From the NCBI GenBank assembly GCA_000165425.1, contig CT868629.1, positions 310,001 through 374,000 on the forward strand: a stretch of DNA of 64,000 bases, given 5' to 3'. Shown piece by piece: positions 55,301-64,000 of the stretch. Source of the DNA: Paramecium tetraurelia (Eukaryota). Under the pieces are notes generated by a model. The model was given only the letters and a program-made list of their open reading frames with translations. It was not told the origin of the DNA and made no database searches. The stretch's first letter is position 1, and every line of letters begins with the position of its first letter. A program made the translations under genes and the position numbers.

Positions 55301-55876
55301 TCTGGTTCCTTCAGTGTATGCATTAGTGTAACCTCCTCCTTTAGCCACCAATTATTCAAAATAACTTGTTTCAGGATAGGTATGTGAACCTTAAAATAGC
55401 ATGTGCTCTAAAAAATGAGCTAAACCAGGAAATTCATCTGGTTCATACCATGACCCTACATTAACATTCAATGCTGCTTATGTTAACTTGGTTTCTGGAT
55501 CTCGTATTAACAAGACTTTCAATTTATTAGGTAATTCCAAGTATTCATATTCCTTTTTGTCTACTGTTGGCTTCTATATCTCAAGAGGTTTATGTTCGGA
55601 TGAATGTATTTTTGATTTATGCTATTTTTTATTCACACTCATTCTGACTTCTAAAAAGCTGGGTTAAGCCAATGAATTTTGTAATGCTTTTATTTATTGC
55701 TCTAAGTATGTTTATTCCTAAATCAACGAGGCCTACTCAAATGATAAATCATTCTAAGCTCCGTGTAATCCCACAACTTTGAATAAAACTATGCCCATTG
55801 TAAAGCATGCGCCCAACAATACTAACAATTGTATCAGTGTTGTGTCTCTCCTTTATTGATGCTACTCTTTTTTCAT
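52378..55876 (-). CDS. M16A insulinase-family metalloprotease with N-terminal membrane anchor
   Basis: VNVGSW.EP..FPGLAHFLEHMLFQGS, GGYTNAYT, FFIDPLL..KEANAVNSEY, YLRTQLQLGYVV; N-terminal LIQLLVLLGACFTMGIVLF. Confidence 0.93.
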
Positions 55877-56096
55877 TTAATATAAATTATAACATTAATA
55901 ATTTAAAAACGGTATTCATATTCTAAATGAAATAAACTGAATCTTTATATTATTTTCTTTAATCTCCAAGGACTTCTGGAATATATCAAATTTATTTGTC
56001 TCTCATATTTAATAGTAAATTAATTACAAAAATTACAATATTATTAATAATAAGTAATTACAAATTATTATGAAAATTCTAATTTTAAAATAGGCC

Positions 56097-59000
56097 TCAC
56101 TTCTTTTTCTTTAGTAGAATTTTATCAAAGTCGGCCATCGTAGTCCTAGCTATTTGTTTTAGAATGAATTCAGTAGCCTATGAATAATTATTCCTATATG
56201 TACTTCATTGCCAAATTTATCCATCTCCTCATTGATGTAGACATCAGCCAATTCCTAATTGAGAGGACATTCTTTTGCAGGGGGTTTTCTCTAAGCATGA
56301 TTATAAATTTGATTTAGATTGTAGGAAGAGCTAAAAGCATCTACTGGGATTCTTTTTTCTGTTATCTTCAGAACTACAACCTTGGCTTATTCTAGTGCAC
56401 TTTTGATATCCAACTTTGAGCCCTAACATTTTTATCAAATATAAGTACATCATTGTATTCTTTTAAAAATTATTCACATAATTGTTCCTCCAAAGATTGC
56501 ACAATTTAGAATCCCTACTCTTCATTCACCTATTTTTTATCTATGAACTTAAACTCTGTAGATAACAAATATCCTAATGGTTAGGTTTTATCATTTTTGT
56601 ATTTTTTCATAATTGATTGGAATTTAGTCAATACTTGCTTTTCTTTTCCTTCAAGCATCTTACCATACTTATCAAGAATTTATTTTACAAAATTTTAATA
56701 TCTAAAATCTGCAACCAACTTAATTTCCTTACCTTCCTCTTTATTTTCGGATTATTCAGGAAACTAAGAATTATCAGTCAAATCAAATTCTCTTGATAAC
56801 TCATCTCTATTTATAGCAGACTTGCCCATGCCAAAATCATCTACTTTTTCTTTAGTTTGAATAGGCTTTACTGTAAGAGGAGGAGGCTATTTTGGTTCTG
56901 GGACTACTTCTTTAGAAGCTGATAATGATTCCTCCTCAAAAGATTGACTATATTATGAAGATATATTGGACTCATTTTTAACTTGAGAATTTTGTAATTG
57001 ACCTCTAACTGGAAATGGATCCTCCAAAATTTCCTTTAGCAATTGTTCTTAAAGGTACTCAACAATCTATTAAACATCTAAATCTTTCTTATCAACAAAA
57101 GAATTCTGAGTATTTTCAAACACATTAATATCTGTCTACCAATCTATATCTGATTATTATGATCCGTCATCTACCTCTCTATCTTCTGAAATACTGTTTT
57201 TATATGATTATTCATAAATATTTTAATCTGACTTTTCAGTCTTAATCCTTTCAGATTCTTCACCTTCAAAGTCTGCCTAGTAATAGGATTCCTCCCTCGC
57301 ACTTCTTTTATCTCTTTGCTTACCAACACTTGAATCCTTCTTGGACTATGCAGATTATTCAAATTTATATGACAATATACCTTAGTTCTTTAAAAGTGCT
57401 TCAGATAGTGAATGAGGATCAACAGTAGCTGCTAGTTTTCTTGATCCGAATTCCAATCTTTATTTTTCAAATAAAGCTGCAATGAATTTTTTCAAATCTC
57501 TATCTCTTTCTTCTAATTATTTTCCTAATTGATTATTAATAAGTTTATCCTATTTGAATAGTAACCACTATAATTTTTAATCCATTTCTTTTCTGTACAA
57601 TCTCATTTCTTCCATGGTTGATTTGAAATCAAAGATTTATTGCACTTAGAATAATAGATTCTCTAAGACTTGCTAAACAATTTACATTTATTAATCTATT
57701 CCACTCATAATATTCTTAACATTGCCAACAGGAACATCCTTAACGATTGTTTATTATAATATTTTGCTGAATCTTGTTCCTAAACTATTCATAGATAAGA
57801 GTCTTTAAAATTCATATTGGAATTAAGCATATAGTTTGTCAGCTGATTAACTAGGTTAGGGATTGACAGCATCTTTCCAACCTTTATAGAATTCTCCAGT
57901 GTGGGAAATTAGATTGTTAACTTATTATTGAATGAATTTTAGATCTCTATGTTCCTATTTGAGTGGTTCAAAATCTTCATCCTTAATTTCCACTTCTCTT
58001 AATTAAGAGTACTTTTCCTTGTAATTTTTCAGTAATATTTCTGCCTCTAAATTAGCTCTTTTGGTAGTCCACCCTGGTTCAATTTCAATAGGGACTGATT
58101 TGATTTCAGGTACAAATGTTTAAGGTGAGATTATGGCTTTGTCACTAATAGATTTTGGAGTAGCCTTCCTTCTTTGAGCATCACCTTCCATTTGACTATG
58201 ATAGGAATCAAATTGATCATCTTCATATTAAGATTATTGAGTCTTAATTTTTTGTGATTCTTCAACCTCGAAATCATCTCCATAATCCTCTTGAATGGAT
58301 TCCTTAATGATTTTTGAACTCTTCTAAGCTGATGGAATAGATTCTCTAATTACAGAGGATTCTTAAACTATAGATTCTTCCTTGATTTGAGATGATTAGA
58401 TGTCTTCAATCTCTTCCACAACTCCATCTTCTTCAACTGCCTCTTCTATATCTTCTTCTTCTGGGATCTCTTCCTCCACTTCATCAGCTATTTCTGATTA
58501 GACTTATTCACTTTGAACTTCATCTTCTATGCTGTCTTCCAATTATTTCTTTTTGGATGAAGTTTATTTTTATTTCTAAACTTTAAGTTCTTTTGGCACT
58601 TCTTTCTCCAATATTTTATTTACTTTATTAATTCTGGCCTTGTCTTTAACAGCTTCCTGATTCTCTATTTTGATATAGTCATCTGTGATTTTTATTTCCT
58701 TCATTGAAAGATCATGCAAACTCTCTCTTCCGTATTTTTTCTTGTAAAATGCTTTCCAAATTTGACAATTATCATTTGGTAATTGGATTGGCATAATTTT
58801 AGGTTTAACCTAACTCTAATAGGCAGATTTAGGTCTGAGTCTGGTAAGAGGAGGTTTTTTCATTTTAATATCTTCTGTGATTGGAATGGCTGGATTAGCA
58901 AATGCAGTAGCGGGATTGATTTCTATAAAATCATCTCTTTCTAACACACCCATTTCACCCATTATCTCAATCTATGTGTGATAAAATGGGTTGTTTTTAT

Positions 59001-59566
59001 CCAAACCAGAAATGGTTTTTCTTTCCTGATTTTGCTATTTTGGTTAAACCTTGAGCTTCGAGATAACAGATTTAGCCCAATTTTTTTCATCATTCACCCA
59101 TTTGTCCACAATAGTAATCTTTTAATCTTCTTTGAGCAATTTCTAAAAATATTTCTTTCTTTCATTGACTAACTTCTTGGCTAAGAATCGTCTAACCAAA
59201 GATTAAATGATGACATAGGGATTTTTTTTAGATCTTTCTTTATACACATTACCATAATTAAATTTTTTCTGTTATAACACTCCTGGAATGTTATCAAATT
59301 TTATTTCATCTACCTTGGCTTCTACAGTCATAGTTTTTGTGAAGACCCTTTGATTGTGTGGATGTTGCTCCAAATTTGAATTTGCATTTGCATCTTGATT
59401 AGTTAAATTCAATACCTAATAAACTTTAAATCAAAGCCTTTCTGTCTGTGGTAATTGATTTAAGTGTTTTTTCAAAAGGGTTGGATTGTTCAGCCTTTTA
59501 CTCAAACACCTAAGTCCTATTGAACCCAACTGAACTATTTTGACTATTAGTTGATTGCTTTTTCAT
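56097..59566 (-). CDS. Large hypothetical protein with acidic E/I-rich repeats and coiled coil
   Basis: ATG 59566 (MKKQSTNSQ), long frame with acidic stretch near 58250-58550, 3' introns giving ...DFDKILLKKKK*; internal structure only partly checked. Confidence 0.7.
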
Positions 59567-59642
59567 AGTATTTATTATTATTATTATTATATGTAAAAAA
59601 CTAAGGAAACTAAAAAATTTTATATTCAATTTTATGAATAGA

Positions 59643-61130
59643 TCAATGACCTGATTATTATGGATGACTACGCAATTGTCTAGATTTGACTGGGTGTTTC
59701 GAATGGTAATCCTCAATCCTTTCTTCAATTTCTTCCCTGTAAGATCTAATCAACCCTTAAACTGGCCAAGCAGCAGCATCTCCAAGTGCACATATAGTGT
59801 GACCTTCAATTTAATAAGTTAATTCCTTAACATAATTAATAAGATTAAAGTACTTCTAATTAATCAATTTCAGCAAAATCAGCATTTCCAACCTTCATTC
59901 TTTCCAATAAATCAACCAACCATGAAGTACCTTCTCTGCAAGGAGTACATTGTCCACATGACTCATGCTTATAGAATTTACTTAATCTCAAGATTGCATC
60001 AATAATATCAGTGGATTTGTCAATAACAATCACAGCAGCAGTTCCCAATCCTGATCTGACATCTCTCAAAGCATCAAAATCCATTAAGACAGTTTCACAT
60101 ACTTCTTTAGGCAACATAGGCACAGAGGAACCTCCTGGAATTATGCATTTGAGATTATCCCATCCCCCTCTAACACCTCCACAATGTCTTTCAATCAACT
60201 CTTTAAGTGGAATTGACATTTCTTCTTCAACTGTACAGGGATTGTTAACGTGACCAGAAATGCAAAATAATTTGGTGCCTCTGTTGTTAGGTCTGCCAAA
60301 TGAAGCAAACCAATTAGCTCCTCTTCTGAGAATAGTTGGACAGACAGAAACAGTTTCAACATTAGTAACAGTAGTAGGACAACCCCATAAACCTGCATTA
60401 GCTGGGAAAGGTGGCTTAAGTCTAGGCTTACCTGGTTTTCCTTCCAAGGATTCGATTAAACCCTTAAGTTTATTTTAAATAGTACTGTTTCTTCACCACA
60501 AATATATGCACCTGCTCCACTGTGAACATAGACATCAAAATCATATCCACTACCACATGCATTCTTTCCCAAGAATCCCTTTTTATAAGCCTCGTCAACT
60601 GCTTGTTGCAAAGCGTTAGCTTCAACCCAAAACTCTCCTCTGCAATATATATATGCAGCTCTAGCTCTCATTGCAAATCCCACACATAATGCACCCTCAA
60701 CCAATTTATGAGGATCATGTCTTAGAATTTCCCTGTCTTTGCATGTTCCTGGTTCAGACTCATCTGCATTGATCACCAAATACGATGGTCTGGAATATAA
60801 TATTATATCTACCTTCCATCTGGATTAACTTTGGGCATGAATGAATACTTCAAACCACTTGGAAACCCTGCTCCTCCTCTTCCTCTTAAACCACTCTTCT
60901 TAATTTCATCTATAATCCAATCTTAACCCATAGTCAGTATGTCTTTTGTTCTATGCCAATCTCCCTAAAAATATTCATCATCATACTCTCTTCAATGCAC
61001 CTTGAATATAAGGATCTCCATCACGATAAACATTTGTGAATATACGATCCTAATCTTTCAATCCACCATGATAGAACTTAGGAGAAGAAGTTAATCTTAG
61101 AAATAGATGAGATTATCTATTTATCATCAT
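59643..61130 (-). CDS. NDUFV1: Mitochondrial complex I 51 kDa flavoprotein subunit
   Basis: [73 protein letters not shown]. Confidence 0.98.
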
Positions 61131-61564
61131 CTTTATATTTATTAAAAATATACAATACTTTATTTTGGATCAAAACAAATTATCGTTTAAAAACAATATA
61201 CTATGCTAACTCATTTACATTTGCTTTGAAAGTCGAACTCTAAAATATAACAATAGACTTGACACAATGAGTTAAGTAGCTTATGAATTGGAAATGTAAG
61301 AATTATTAAATTGATGAATAACCTAAATTAGACCATCCTATTTGATGTAAAAAATAGTTACTAATTGTAGCTTCTCATTTAGAAAAAATACTATTGGAAC
61401 TGATATTTTAAAAGATGAAATCCTTTACAAAGTTTTTTATTGTATTTCAATTAGATACACAATATAAGGTTTAATAATACTCCTGATAACCATAGTAAAC
61501 AATAAAAAATTCAATAACTCGTTAAAATTAATATTATATCTAGTTCTCAATAAACCAAATCATT

Positions 61565-62715
61565 TCATTTTTTTTTCACATAAAAAGTAGTTGATATTTC
61601 ATATTATCCTGGGCCTGGTATCTAGGTATGATCTGAACAACTTTATGATCTCTTCTCCCTACCAAATACGATACTCACATGTGGCTTTCTTTATTTTACA
61701 TCAGTCTCATATTCGCCTGGTCCCTAAGCCTTAATACATTTAACATACTGGAACTATTAATCTACTATAACTATCACGTTTTGCATGGCCAAATATCACT
61801 CTCTTAGTATCCTTAAAATCTCCAATTGTGTATGATTATGGTCCTGGTCCACTCATTTCTGATTTTTCCCTATGTCTCTCGTATATTGAGTATTTTGGTG
61901 CATTACTAGGCTTAACTAATTTATAATAGCCTGGACCAGGAATTGAATCAATCTTTTTATCTGATCGTTAACTCCTGCCTATCGAGTATCCTGCTTATTC
62001 CTTTACGATCTCAACTGAATAGTCACCAGGACCAGGTGATATTGATTTGTTAAATATCCCATCTCTTTTACTTGTTCCAATCTTAAACGATTTCACTCTT
62101 TCTTATGATTAAATTTCATATGCATTAGGGGCAGGAGTAATGTTTTAGATAGTTTTTTCCCTTCTTGGAAGTATTTTAAAGCCAGCATCAGTTTTCATTA
62201 ACTAAGGCATATTATATTACCCTGGTCCTACAGTATTATTCACTTTCTTCTCTGATCGAGATTACTTGCCAACTTTAAAAGATGGCACATTAGATTTAGA
62301 AATTATTTCATAGTCTCCGGGTCCAGGGGATCTTTTTTAATCCTCTTTATATCGTTTCTAGCTTCCTATTCTAAAACCAATTTTTGATAACTAAGACACT
62401 TCTATTTTGTAAGCTCCTGGTCCTGGTTTATAACTTTCTTCTTTGTCGAACTGATATGACTTTCCATGAATGAGGGTTTTCTTCTATGATTCTGGCAATT
62501 TAGGGTGGTACTATCCAGGTCCTGGAAGGCTTTGTTAAACTAAAATTTCTCTCTAATTCCCTCCTCTGATAGTCCATTTTGGGGGTTTCGTATATGAAGA
62601 ATCTAATTGTGGATTGTAACTAGCAGGTCCAGGAGGGCCTTGATAGGATGAGTTTAATTCATCTAATTTTATGCACATTTATACTTCTCTTTGTGTTTTT
62701 AGTTTGTATAGACAT
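61565..62715 (-). CDS. SHIPPO/ODF3-like PGPG-x-Y repeat ciliary protein
   Basis: About 11 repeats such as PGPASY, PGPGQY, PGPGAY, PGPGDY, VGPGQY, PAPNAY with F.IG spacers. Confidence 0.9.
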
Positions 62716-63021
62716 TGCTATATTATCTTTGTATTATTGTCAGATAATTATATAAATTATTAAATTAAATCATAGCCAATAAAAATTCTGAAATTTGTAA
62801 GAAGTCGAATTTTTTAAATTTCAAACTTCATCCTTTGAGAATTAATTCTAATCTAAATTTAAATTGCCTTCTTAATTTCAGTAAACCTAATAATAATCTG
62901 ATTTCTAAAATCAAAAAACAAAAAGAGTCAGAGATCAATTCCTTAATGATAATAAGTGATATAAACCAAAGTTAATTTCTATAATTGTTTACTTTTATCA
63001 ATTGATACACATACTCAACAA

Positions 63022-63774
63022 TCATTTTTCAAAAACCAGAAATTAGATGTGTCCTTTATGCTGAGGATAGACTTAAGACTTATAAGTTAGCCTAAGCTTT
63101 TTTTAAACTATGTCAAGATTTGGCATTTTTCCTACTCTAAATTTTTCATCTAATTAACCTGAATATATAGTAACAATGTAAAGATCAAGCAAATCCAGAA
63201 CTTAATGAAGGCATTAAGGACCAACATCATAGAAAATTCTATCTTCTTATTTTATCAAAGTTCTAAAGTATTATGCCGCATCAAAGAAGTTTGAAAATGC
63301 AGGTACTATTGTATTATAATTTCCAAAATCTTAACTCTTTGAGTCTTGTATATTTGGGTTAACCGTGATATAATTAGTGTAATGAGGCTGTTTGAAAAAT
63401 GGATGAGTTTGTATTTAAAGTGGAGTGAGTTTTTTTGAGATTACAAAGTTTTTTCTAACTAAATATTCTTATTTCTTAATTTCCTAAAAGTCTTTCCTGC
63501 TTCTATAAAATTTAGGCCACATTACATCGTCAAATTACATGATCTAATTTCCGGTTATGAATTCCGCATCACAAAAAGTTTTAGTAAAGCTGAACATCTC
63601 GAAATCTATCGGAAATTTAGGAGTTTCTTCGACCATTTTGATTATTTAGGTATCTAATTCTTCTAAAGGTGTATCAATTGGCTAATTTGTGTGAACTAAT
63701 GCTGTATATATTTCTTTATGTCTCAATAGCACTTATAAACCACCAATTGTTTCATTTAATAAATTTTAAATCAT
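63022..63774 (-). CDS. RibD C-terminal / DHFR-fold-like protein
   Basis: IDFEMFSFTKTFCDAEFITGNQI and DAAQYFRTL..RIFYDVGPQCLHQVLDLLDLYIVTIY resemble RibD_C motifs; one predicted 23 nt intron. Confidence 0.55.
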
Positions 63775-64000
63775 AATTAAATTATTGGTACATTACTATC
63801 ATTTTTTGTATAATTTGTAATATAAATTTTTGCCTAATCAAATCGCTCAATTTACAATATAATTTTCTAACTCTATTTCGAATCAATATGACACTTAAAC
63901 TCAATTGATGTATTATGATTAAATTAATATAAAACATTAGTATCATTTCATTTTATTAATTATTCATATTTAGAAATGAATATAAACACAGCATGGATGA

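Noticed and set aside
61565..62715. Regularly spaced CCAGGACC-type repeats as a CRISPR or DNA repeat array
   Set aside because: Repeats vary at synonymous positions and encode PGPG-x-Y peptides; eukaryotic context.

Overview
Very AT-rich, gene-dense eukaryotic DNA from a ciliate macronuclear chromosome, almost certainly Paramecium (aurelia group). TAA/TAG read as Gln, TGA is the only stop, and genes carry tiny 20-32 nt GT..AG introns. The supplied standard-code ORF track therefore fragments or mis-frames most genes, so I re-translated by hand with the ciliate code. About 30 protein genes are supported: two NIF/CTD phosphatases, a hybrid histidine kinase, a Kelch protein, an HSF, a pseudokinase, RPL11, an LMBR1-like protein, a Mon2-like protein, a Tul1-like RING ligase, glycogen branching enzyme, an SH3 protein, a CBM20-TPS/TPP protein, beta-tubulin, NEDD1, a PUF, a BTB-MATH protein, an insulinase, NDUFV1, a SHIPPO-repeat protein, a RibD-C-like protein and several hypotheticals. 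The standout is 30168-32139(-): a class I cyclic-nucleotide phosphodiesterase fused to a stand-alone S1-S4 voltage-sensor domain with no pore, i.e. a candidate voltage-sensing phosphodiesterase. No tRNA, rRNA, CRISPR array or intact transposon was seen. Gene boundaries and introns are manual predictions; family calls rest on motif recognition, not database searches.
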